Source: Cystobasidiomycetes sp. EMM_F5 (lineage: Eukaryota). From it: DNA of 64,000 bases. The notes below the pieces were generated by a model. That model was given only the letters and a program-made list of their open reading frames with translations, searched no databases and had not been told where the DNA came from. The position numbers were made by a program, and so were the translations under genes. The stretch's first letter is position 1; each line of letters begins with the position of its first letter. The stretch covers positions 62,001 through 126,000 of the forward strand of contig JBPGPT010000035.1 in NCBI GenBank assembly GCA_051047955.1, read 5' to 3'. Positions 36,736 to 48,385 of this stretch are shown in pieces.

Positions 36736-37999
36736 TGGCACCTCACAAACATGCACGCGTTGCCATTTACGCGTCGTAAAACAGCGGCCACTACCTCGTG
36801 CAGAGTCGGACGGGAAGCCGTGTTTAGCCTGTTTAGCGAAAGGTTACGAGCAAGCTTTCGCGGGATACGATGGGCAGCAGAGTCGTTTTAGCGAGGCGTT
36901 GAATGTTTTCAGTCTGCGATTGCTCGTTGGCTCAGAGAGTGAAGCCGTACCAGAATCCGTCTGACAACAATATCGAGCGGAACCGTTGACACGGAACGGC
37001 AGTACGGAAGTCTGACTTGGCCAGAGACAGCCAGTCTAGCTGTAAGCCGTGTAGACCGCTGGCGTCCGTTTGGCCAGCCGAGGACGTTGGGGGTGTCTGT
37101 TCCGTGATATCGAAGCTGGATTGCCAGGTCTAGTCGCCCACCCTGCACCGACCTGCGCCTCGTTTGCCGTCATATCTCAGCCCATACTGCCCTCGCCAAC
37201 ATCTACAGCGTGAGGAACCCAGCGGCCTCTTGCGACCCTGTCGGCCCTGAACTTGTCGAAGTTGTCGAAATTGGTCCAAGTCGGTCGCAGTCGCTCGCCG
37301 ATGCCCAGTCTTGCCCTGCTCTGCTCTGCACCATCTTCGAGCTTCTCTTTTAATACTTCGACGCTCTGTCCATCTTTGCGCTCACTGTCATTTCAGCCGT
37401 CGACCATCGCTCGCTCGTATCCTGTTTAGCCCGGCAATCTCGCTGGAGCATCATTCTGTCGGCACTTTTAAGCGCAGTGAGTGGGTTGGTTACTGTGGAC
37501 TGTCTTGGTTGGTGTGCTCTCCCAATCATACCATCCAGTCATCGCGGCTCGAAGTTGCGTGGTTGTCGTCGAAATCCGCAGCGATGTATTCATATACTGT
37601 ACCCTCTGGCGAGCCACATCGCACACAGCTTGAGTATGGACGAATCCTCGTGTGGAATACTGCAACTGCATGCTGTATGGCCAGCCAATGTGTCGATGAT
37701 TGTCCCATCAATCTGCATATTATTCGGGACCCATGGCAGGCATTTACGCGTAAAGGCAACCCATCTGCCACGCTCTACCCTCCCCCCTTCTCATCATTCG
37801 CATTCACGCTGCCTGGCCGGAGCGCTTTCATGCGAATCTACTCAGGAGTGAATTGCTTCCAGAGGAGGTCGGCATGGACCTGCAGGCGCACGAGTGACGA
37901 GGTGCGCATTGATGGGCGCAAGTACACCCATACCCTCCTTTTTGTGGGTGTATGTCTCGGCCTGTTGGCGAATGCGCGTTTGTGGATGGTTTTCCATCG

Positions 38000-38560
38000 T
38001 TCACGGGCTCGACGCGAATAGTAGTCGCGTTTCCTTCATCCTCCAAATCTCGTTGCGGTTAGTGGCTACCCAAGGTAGACTCTAGTCGCGAGCGTGTATA
38101 GCGCGTGCCGGACGCCTGCATCTGCGGCATATACGCCAGCTGTATTTTCCATTTTCCTAGAGGCAATTGTCGACTGTACGTCACCGACATGCCCGTCGCG
38201 TTGAATGCGGCATGTACAGTATCGGCCAAGGCTCCGTGGCGCGTAAATGTTTGTTTCTTTACGTGTGCGCGCGACCGCTAGGCGGGCAGCCGCAGCGCTA
38301 GAGCTGTCATCGCCCGCCTCGCACGTCGCGAGGTGTGCGCCTCTGATTGGCGAGGCATACCATTCCACCATTCAATTTTGATTATATTCCTCGTCATATT
38401 TTTATATTCACGTCTCCAAATTCCTCTCTATACACATTCCGCGTCTGCCTGCCCCCTTATATAAACATTAATAATACACGACTTCGCAATAGTTACCCGC
38501 CTTAATACATTTCTCGTCACCTGCCCGCTTGCACGCCTGCCGGCGCGCGTGAGGGCAGAC
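38000..38560 (+). promoter_or_regulatory. CGCG-rich cyclin promoter with MCB-like cores, an inverted CCAAT box and a TATA box
   Basis: Many CGCG cores at 38010-38550; ATTGG near 38346; TATATAAA near 38458. ACGCGT also occurs at 36755, 36769 and 37746. Confidence 0.55.
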
Positions 38561-39217
38561 ATTTTATCAACAACCGCCAGTCTGCAATCCACCCCAAAAG
38601 GCCAGCCTGCTAGAGATTGTTGCTACACCAACTCGCAAAAACGCAGGCAGCCTCCTCCGTACCACTACGATATCATCGTTCTGTCGCAAAACCCACACTC
38701 TCTTGTCTCTGTCTCATTCGCATTCACTTCGACGCTTCCTCAAAGCTCCATTCAGCTTCAATACCCACCGTCTTTACTTATTTCTGTGAACGCCGCTCGA
38801 CACGAGGAGCTTACGTCTGCTTCCGCTTTCTCCTGTCATCGACTACTTTCGTTACGACTCTTGCGTACATAGCGTCGCCTCTTTTCAACTATTTTTGGTC
38901 CTTCTACCTTTCGACTTTCTGAACTCGCCATTGGCTCCACTGCGACTGTCATATAGACGCTTCAATCACTAGAATCGCCCATCAGTCGCAGATCTGGTCC
39001 TGTCTCTTGCAACCTTCGGCAACTCTCTGCTGTTTCAGGACCCACTATAGCCATATCCTTCGGCTGTTCACGTCAAGCACGTCCTGCTACTTCATTGTAA
39101 CGCCTGTTTTTCTGCGTCACCCTCTCTGTGCATCGTCTCTGTGCATCTGCACACCCACTTTCGTTTAAAGCGTCTTTGAATCTATAGATCACTCTCATAG
39201 AAACGACTATACAAAAA

Positions 39218-41163
39218 ATGGCAATGCGTGCAACCGTCTCTGCTCTCGGCCGACGTGGATCAACACGTCCTCGCGCGGACACTGTCTCTTCCGATGAGAG
39301 CGCACCTTCTCTGTCTTCTTCTTCATCAACATCGAGCGGCGAATCGTCATCGTACCGCAGCCGGACCAACCCAGGCATGTCTTCTTCTCCTCTAGATCGC
39401 CGTGGCCGTGCTGGTGCAGCTGGAGTGCCATCCCGCCGACTCTCTCACGATGAACGAGCGGCTCGTCAAGCACATGTTGCAAGAGCCAAGCGTGACCGCG
39501 GCGAATGTAGAGAACGAAGGCAAGCTGCTCACGACTCGCAAATGCGCGCCCTCTACACTTCCGAGTACCGCGACGAGATTCTCGACTACATGTTTGAGAT
39601 GGAAGTAAGTCAAAGCTCGTTTGAGTGCTCGCATAAACATCGCACGCCCCTTGTTGTTTGGCGGTGCGCCACCCAAACAAACTAGTCGCGTGAAACGCGT
39701 GTTTGGCCTCAGGCGTGCCTGAATACCAGTGGCGAGGAGAAAGATGAGAAAGACCTTTGCTAATAGGCTGCTTTTGCATAATTTAGGGTCAAACGATGGC
39801 TCAGGTAGAGCTCATTGATCAGCAACCTGAATTGGAATGGTACATGCGGCCCTATCTTATCGAGTTTTTGATCGAGATTCACCAGCAGTACCGTCTCCGT
39901 CAAGAAACGCTCTTCCTCGCCATCAACATCGTCGACCGCTACGTGGCTAAGCGTATCGTGTACAAGAAGCACTATCAGCTTGTCGGATGCGCCGCTCTTT
40001 GGATTGCTTCCAAGTTTGAAGACGCCAAGGACCGCGTTCCCGGTGTTGCCGATTTGACCCAAGTATGCTGTGGTGCTTATGATGCTGGTGGTTTCATTCA
40101 AGTGAGCGGTGTTACATGGTGTAGCAATCTGCGCGGCGCTAATGATCCATTCTAGATGGAAGGACACGTTTTGGCAACCATTGGATGGAACCTTGGACAT
40201 CCTACTGTTGAGTCGTGGCTCCGTCTGGCCTGCTACCCGTCGGTAACAAGGCCAATGGAGGACTCGCGCATCCAGCACTGTGCCCGTATGTTTACCGAGT
40301 TGACCCTATTCCACCGGTCTTTTGTCTCGGTCAAGCCATCACACATTGCTCAAGGCTGCCTTATGCTCGCTCGTCATATCTGCCACGGTCTCTCGCATAC
40401 TTCAGCCAGCGAGCATGATCAGGTTGAGGCAGTCAGAGTGGCTGGCGAGATTGACCAATACCTAACGGAACACCTCGAGCAGGTTTCCGCGACCGTTATG
40501 AAGAAGTGTGAGTCGATTAGGTGCAGGCCGTGGGTATACGTGAAGCTGATTGGCTGCAAAGACGCGCCTTCTTTCTATGACCGAATCTCTGACCGCGTCA
40601 GGGAATACTATCTAAATGGAGGGCGATTCCGCTATCGCCAAGTGGCTACCCGCGAATCCCTGGAAGCACCTTGCATTACTGTCACTGCACCCTCTACACC
40701 TATCGGACCTTGTTCTGAAGCGGATAGCGATGAAGAGATTGATATCGATATGAATACTTCATCAGACTCTGCTGGCAGCAGCCGTAACGGAATGGACTCG
40801 TCTGAAGATTCCATCTTTGACCACGACTATAGCCACAGTTCCGGCAGCATGCCCTCCAGCGAGCCCATCACACCGGCGAGCAGCACATCTGGCTACTCTG
40901 ATCGCATCGACATGTACGACAGCGCCGAACAAGCTTGTGCCGCTGCCATCTGTCCTCCTCCCGCTGCCGTTCGTGCGCCAGTCCCAGCGTTGCAGAGGAG
41001 AGCAACTCTGTCTCAGAACGAAGGACCATCTAAAGACTTGATTGAGCAATTAGCCGTACTGCACCGTCAGCAAGCAGCGCCCATTGTTACCGTGAATGGC
41101 CCCGCTTCCCAGTCTAGCTGGCAAATGCAAGTCATTCCGCAACCTGCCGAGACGCATCACTAG
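39218..41163 (+). CDS. CLN1: G1/S cyclin (Cln1-like) with PEST-rich tail
   Basis: EYRDEILDYMFEME|...IDQQPELEWYMRPYLIEFLIEIH...ETLFLAINIVDRY...YQLVGCAALWIASKFED...MEGHVLATIGWNLGHPT. Ser/Asp-rich C-terminus. Confidence 0.9.
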
Positions 41164-41475
41164 AGGAAGCGCAACTCTTACACACACACCTCTCTTCAAT
41201 CTTCTCTGTCGTATCAGTCTTTCACCTCGCTACATAGCGCTTTCTATATACCCGCCGCTGTCAAGATTCCCTCTGGACGTACATCGAGAGACTGAATGTT
41301 CAGCCGCCAAGGATGTACAGAAGTGTATTCTACACCTGTGCTTCTATTCGTCGGCCATGTCCCGCAGTCCAGTCCAAGCTAGTCCAGCATGTGTGCTGCT
41401 TGTAGGCGTAGCTTTCCAGCTCGAGCTCTAATTTGTTCTTTGGCTCGGCTGGATCTAGTCTATCCATCAGCTGCA

Positions 41476-44400
41476 ATGGAATTACTCTATATCAGCGTCT
41501 GCGAGACCTTTCCTTGCCGTTTGTTATACGTATTCTTGCAGTCGATCAGCCAGCTTGAGTAGTTAGCCGACAGGTGGCTGGCCAGGTTGCTCTTTTCCAA
41601 CCATGCTCCGACTATGACGCGGATACTGCGCGTGCACATGAATTACTTATGACTGCTGCGGCAACTGCTGAAGCTGCGGCTGGCCAGGAGCGAGATGTGC
41701 CGTTCCATCTGCGTTCATTGGACTTTGTGGTCGATATTGCCCGGTTGGATGAGCTGACCTCGGAGCAGCTCGGTGAGCCTTGTTCTGTCCTAGAATATGA
41801 TGTGAACGTCTGGTTGACGTGGTCTTTTCCTGGTCCTCAGCTCTCGTGCATTTCCACCCGGCATGTCCAGCAGCAGCAAAGCATAAAGTAAGGCAATCAA
41901 TTCCGATTATGATAGAGGAAGAGTTGCTGGAACGTTGTAGCATGCCTAGAGCAATATATGCTGACTCTATCCCGTGTCTATCTCCACCAGGCCGAAATCC
42001 TCTTCTGGCGAAGACGAAGAAGGGACCAGTCTCTCACAACTGCTATTATCCCCGAAACGCCCATCCTTCTTCACACCAATATAGCACACTATCCACCGGC
42101 TTCCGTCGAGACAGTTCCGCCAATCCAGAACCGCTCGATATCCCGGGACGCTCCTACGCCAGACGAGCAGCAAGCCTTACCAGCGGACACCCTGCAAGAC
42201 GAGACCGTTCCTGAGAGTAGTCCAGATGAGGCGGAAGCAGTCGGCCTTGCTCAAAGCACTGACAATCCAGAAAATGCTGCCGAAGTCTTGATTCAGCCGG
42301 AGACTACGGCAGAATCCGAGAGATACAGCAGTATTGAAGTCAAAGTCGAACCCGTGGATGATGATAGTGCACTGTATACGACACAGTCGCTGAATATAGC
42401 CAAGGAGGTTCATCATTCTGCCGGCCCGTCTCTCAACTCGCCCATGGACGCACAACACCTTGAGCCGGAATCGATAGCAGAGCAATCGACTCTTTCCGTA
42501 GACAGACAAGAGTCGCCAGAATCTGTAATCTCCCTAGGAGCATCACTGACAGGTCCTGATACTCAAGTTGGGCCATCAGAGACGGCTGCTGCGGTAAATA
42601 CAGAACGCGCAGCTAGATCAGATGGAGAAATCAGCGATCACTTCAACAACGGCGCTGATGCCACTACATCTGGATATGCCTTCGGATCTCCATCACCTGG
42701 ATTTGAATCTCCCCCGAAATCGATACAGCGTACCTATTCTCGTTCACCAGAGTTTGCGAGCAACAGTGCTCAGCCGGAATTGCCAACATACCCTGCCGAC
42801 AATCTTCCAACGAAGAGTCCCAAGAACAAGCTGACCGGCCCGTTATTTACCAAAGACGGTGCTCAGCTCCAGCCGGCAGCTGAACAAACGGGTGATCGAG
42901 CACATACCGATGATTTACCACCGCCCGGGGACGACTTTGTCGAGTCTGCCCAGGCAGCTCCTGACAGTCGAGATCACAAGCGAAATAATGCCAAAAAGCG
43001 CCGCTTAGATCGGGAGTACGATGGACCGAGCAGTCCACGCAAACGCAAGTCTGGCAGGCAGGAATCACGAAGAGGAGATAGTGACAATAAACAAATGCGC
43101 AGACGGCGTCCTGAATCTTCCGAATCTGGATCGGAGTCAGACTCTGAAGATGCATCTGAACGAGATGAGCGACGGTCTTCACGAAGCAAGAAGCGAAGGA
43201 GACAAGTGTCAAGGACGCGAGATAGGCATAGCTATCGGGATAGGACGCGCTCATCGCATCGCGATAGCAGACGAGATCGCAGAACCAGCCGTAGAGACCA
43301 GAGTCGGCATCGGAAGCGAAGACGAAGCCCCTCATACACGTCGTCAGATTACTCGGACATATCAGACAGTGATTCTCGTTCTACCGGTAGCAGCTATAGT
43401 GGCAGCGATAGTGAGTCAGCTTCGTCGTCTTCCTCGGAAGACTCACGAATCAGTCGCCGATCCCGTAAGCATTCCAAAGCACGTAGCAGTCGACGAGCGT
43501 CTGTATCGTCGCGAAGAGCACGACAGGGCAGTGAAGACCTTAGTCGGGAGCAGCTTGCACACAAACATCGCGCACGTCCCTCGGATCCTCGAGAAATGCG
43601 CAACCGGTCTGTCGTACCCTATGCATCTTCAGCGAGATCACCTAGCCGACCAGTACAAAACAATTATGGCTTTCCCGGTGAAGCATCGACGAGCAACACA
43701 AGCCAGTCGACGAGACCGCCTTCTGCTACTTCATCACCCATTTCAATAAAGGGCGCTCGACAGCGAGCAGAGTCCGTGGGTGCCATCAAGTTTCAAGCGC
43801 AGAGTACAGCACAGCCGGAGTATGTGGCCGGTGCGGGTAGCATACACTTTGTTAACGGCAGCGGAGTGCCTTATTCTGGCTACGGCGGAGCCGCTGCATA
43901 CGGTCAGATGAGTGGTCAAGGAGGGATGGACGCAATGCAGATGCAGTACATGCAGCGTCAGCAGCAACAGCAGGAAATGATGGGCATGAGACCCATGTCG
44001 AGCGGTGGCAGTGCATGGGCAGGCGATCCCACCTATAACGGCCGAGTGCAGAGCGGCTCTCGTACTCCTGGCGGTATGCGATCTGGTTATGCTAGCCAGC
44101 CGAACGGTGGATTTGGAAGTGGGTACGTTGGCGATAGTTTCAACTCGAATGGCATGGCTGGTGGATTCGGTGGAGCTTCTCCGCCGTACAATGGCTACGA
44201 CATGACGCCTGATCAAGGTGGTCGAGGGCGAGGTGGGTATCGAGGCGGAGGAAGAGGAGGCGGCTACATGGGCAGTGGTCCGTCTAGACCTCAAGACGGA
44301 GGATGGGGTACCGGCTCCTTCGATGCTGGGGGTAATGGCGGAGGTTATCGATCAGACTTTGGCGGAGGTAGAGGACGTGGAGGAGGAGGCTACAAGAGAG

Positions 44401-44705
44401 GAGGAGGAGACAGTTGGGTCAATCCGGAAAGTCGCTTCAATCGCGGAGGCGGTGCTTCTGGACGGCAGAGCGGCTTCAACAGCGGTGGATGGGGACAGGA
44501 ATCTTCTGCTCCAGAGACTGGATGGGGTCAAGGGGGCGCTTCGACGACGTCAAGTTCTGCAACGACATGGGGACCAGCGGCATCGTCTACAACGGCGCCA
44601 ACACCTGCTCCGGCACCTGCCCCAGTGATCAAACCAGCTCCCAAGCCGGTTGTTGATCCGTGGGCGAATACTGCTGCGATTACCGACAACGACGAGTGGA
44701 AGTGA
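41476..44705 (+). CDS. Large low-complexity protein with RS-rich and RGG/G-rich regions (putative RNA-binding); 5' exons tentative
   Basis: 915-aa ORF with RS/SD tracts, a Q/M-rich segment, RGG boxes and GWG repeats. Phase-consistent upstream exons via introns 41773-41840 and 41888-41990. Confidence 0.75.
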
Positions 44706-45018
44706 TGCTGGACTGATATGCGCAGACGTCATCAGTGAGAAGCTTGGACGGGTGGAGACGATTTGAATTTGAGTATCGCATAAATCGAAACGGATGTGCG
44801 GGGCATTGTTGTTGACAACTCGGACAAGGAAGCGGAGGAGGAGAAGGAAGTAAGAGGAAAGCGATGAGACTGCTGCCATGTTTCATTACACCGGCACTCA
44901 ACATCCATTGTCGGGTCGTCGAATACGGTTGACCGGTCACAACCACCGTCAACACTGCGATACTCAGACTGCCACGCCATGAGCCAGCGTTGATCATCAG
45001 CCAATATCTTACCAAATC

Positions 45019-48000
45019 ATGACGACGGGCTTCTGCTCGCGGTGCGGCGAGAGGCTGCGGGATGGCCAGCGCTGCTCGTGCGGAGGCTGCAGTATAAGTG
45101 GGTATTAAACAGGATATTTATCATTTCAAAGGCTGAGTATTGACGGCGAGCAGCTCCGAGGTCACTGCGAGTCCTGCAGGGGAGGTCTCAGACGCCAGAC
45201 GGCGACAGCTGGGCGCGTACTTATGTTCAAAAGAGCCCGGCGGCGACGATATCAAAGGCTGGTTTGACTGACGGGAATGTTAATCAACACACGCATCTCA
45301 GTCCGCCAGTATGTAATGTCCAGTCGACACTCAGCGCTGGCTCGCCGTCGAAACAGCGCCGCGATATGTTCAATCACCCAAATATCAATACATCACACCC
45401 CGACACACCCGACGAAGCTGACATCAACGAGACTGTGAGCCGCGCATTTGGATCAGTATTGGACCCGCAGCACAAGCGGAGCAAATGGTCCTGTGCCGCA
45501 TGCAGCGTCATGTTTATCAGGGTACGCGACTAGTATTGGTGAATATGCCATGAAGATTATGCTGACCATAGTCTAAACTGTGTCTCGTTCACCAGGACCA
45601 GACTGTCTATCCTGATCCTCGCGCAAAGGATCAACCCGAACTAGCAGACAAGCTGTATTGTCCGGGCTGCTTCGGTGAAAGGTAAGCTATCTCACGCCGG
45701 AGGGAGCCTTGCTAATGTACAGAATGTCATTCCTCGCAGATTCAGTCTCGGAACATGTCAAGTCTGCTGTGATGCAGTTCTGCCTGATGCAGCTTATCCA
45801 TTCATTCAGCGAAAGGACAAATTGTGGCATGCGAGCTGCTGTAGGTGTGATCCACTTGCAAACAAGGCGAGCTGTCCTGATCATCATTCGAATATCTCAG
45901 ACGCATGCTTATACTGCTCCAAAGACCTGTCCAAGGATCCGATGGGTCAGTGCTCCCCACTGATCTCCTCTAAACAAGCTGATCCTGAGAAACTCAACAG
46001 TCGATCTATACGGCAACCCATGCTGTGCGCACTGCTTCGATACCGCCGCGTTCTTGAAGGCTCCATCAAACCGTACAGTTCCTGCTCTTCTATCCGCTGA
46101 CATTGTACCAATTACTGCAAATACCGCAAAGCAAGGCAGTGCAGAGTCAGACGAACATCGTCTGAGAAGGAAGAAGATCATATTGTCGCCCGGCGCGACA
46201 AGACTTGGGCCATCTTTGTCCGAACTCAGAAATAGGCTTGGAGAAGCTGGAGTGGAGGCTGCAGCCGCTATGGATACTCGAAAAGCCTTGGCTACTTCTG
46301 CTCGCTTGGTCACGGTATCGAACTCTACAGCATCCGGCAGTCAAGGCAATACCTCAGGGCACCCGACTGCTCCACCCATGTTACGTGCACAGTCTGAAAT
46401 ATCGTTAGCCTCGACGACACCAGCATGGGTTCGGCACAGGTCTGCAGCTAGCACCACTGCTCTTCCAACTCGACCCGCTGCGTTCGTGAAGATGTCGTCT
46501 TCCACGAGCGCTGAGGCATCTTCCACGTCGACATCGACATTGACCTTGGTACCTCCTTTGTCATTCCTAGCTGATCAACCGAAAAGCGCACCGCTGCCAC
46601 AAGGTCGTTTCCCTCGACCTCAAAGAACAGGTCGCTCACAGTCGGCATTCACAGTACCTAGTCTGAGTGAGCTGAAGAGTCGGAATACGACGGTGCAGAA
46701 TACTGCCGTTAGCTCTTTGTCGGCTTCACTGGGTGCGGCCACTTCATCAGGCACGGAGAAGCTCACTACACCATCGCCGAAACAGCCCCTCAGGAAACAG
46801 TCTAATCTGGCCTTGATGTGGGAGGCAAAACATTCTGCAAATGACCCTTCTTCACCTCCACCTGTTGCCAACCTAGCGGTGTCGACACCTTTACCGCGGC
46901 CTCCGAGCACGCCGTCTTCACGTCAGGCGGCTGTAGCACAGCAGACTAGCAATAGAATGGACGCTCATCCTATTCTGAGACACGAGCCGCGACCTACTGA
47001 AGGACCTTCACCAATCAGTGCTTCCCCGAACAACAGTAAAGTAATCCCTCAACCAGCATTGGTCGAGCAGAAATGCCGAGATCTGCTCACCCATCCTATC
47101 GTGTCAGCGACGCTGGCGACGGATCAGAGCAGGCCGCAACCAAATATTGATGCAGATAGTCGATGTGCGGGCTGTCACCTCCGCCTGTTCACCGTAGCAA
47201 ATTCCGCCTCCACAGCATCTGGACCTGCTAGTAACAAGGTCATTCGAACCGAGGACGCGGCCTTTCATGCGAGGTGTTTTGTGTGCTCGAAGTGCAAAAA
47301 TCCGCTTAACGGCGGTAGCTTCGTTCAGCTTGACAACGGACAAAGAGTCCATGAGCGAGTAAGTGTGGTATCATGTCTATTATATGCCTGGCACATCTCG
47401 CTCACTATCTTATCCACTTAGTGCGCCCCACCTCTCTTGCAGCTGCAGATGCCTTCAGCGCCATCCGGCGAGAGTGCTGCGAAAGTGACGATGCCCGACT
47501 TGGCGAAAGATGCCTCCACATCGCTGTCGCATGCTAATCCTTCCTTCAGGACAAGCAATGTAGCTCAAAAGCCATTCACATCGCCTTCTATCCAGAATCT
47601 ACGCAAAGAATCTGCAGCACAGATGACGCCGTTTTCACCGAGCAAGATACAGATTCAACATTTACCTGGCTCAAAGGCACCAACGAAGCTGTCACGGGCT
47701 AGCGAGGTCTTTGCAAGGTCTAACCCTGCTCCGACCAGCGCGGGTCAAACCAGACCCTCATCAGTGAAATTGCTGGGCGGAATGTACAAGTGTGCAGGAT
47801 GTGAGGAGATGGGGACGTTGGCTGAAACTACCAGTAAATTTACTGGATCATCAAGAGACGGTGCTGACTAGCTTACGCATACACAGTCGGCCCAGTCGGA
47901 ACGCGCTTCCATCACGGCTGTCTGAAGTGCGCATGCGGCAAGAAGCTGGACAGCGGGGCAAAGAGCCTTCAAATCCTAAGCGAGAACAACGAAGTTAAGA

Positions 48001-48157
48001 GAAAGTTCGCATGTCGAGATTGTATCGTGAGTCATAATGTGATTCGTGTCAGGACAATACCGCGCTGATGATTGGGTCGTGATAGGACAAAGACCGTCTT
48101 ATGCAGCGCAGTCATTCTGCCGCGTCAGGCAAGGCTGCTTTGCGCAGCAGGAATTGA
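45019..48157 (+). CDS. Multi-LIM zinc-finger protein
   Basis: N-terminal GFCSRCGERL...RCSCGG. LIM units CQVCCDAV...WHASCCRC, CAGCHLRL...FHARCFVCSKCKNPL...HERC, and CAGCEEM...FHHGCLKCACGKKLD...CRDC. Confidence 0.85.
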
Positions 48158-48385
48158 CCCCTGACGGCTTGTATGACTGTGTACAAGAGCCGGATGCTCG
48201 CTCCGAAATAGCAATAAATTGGAGGGAAAATGCCTGCAATGCCGTATGGCCAATGTCCGCTGAAGCTCATCTAACACTACATAATATGCGGCTATTGCTC
48301 GATGCCTTGCCGGGTTGTACGTTATAGGTACCACAGACTATATTGAGAGTCTCGTCAAGGGTATGCGATCTAGCGTCTCGTGTCC

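Noticed and set aside
36780..37140. Possible telomerase, RNase P or SRP RNA in the G-rich intergenic block
   Set aside because: No telomeric template and no convincing CR-I/CR-V or SRP helix 8 motif was seen.
37311..38021. 236-aa ORF upstream of the cyclin
   Set aside because: Non-ATG start, atypical composition, and no domain or splice support.
39715..39750. CCTGA...ATACC...GCGAGG resembles a TPP riboswitch 3' half
   Set aside because: The CTGAGA element and correct spacing are missing, and the host gene is unrelated to thiamine.
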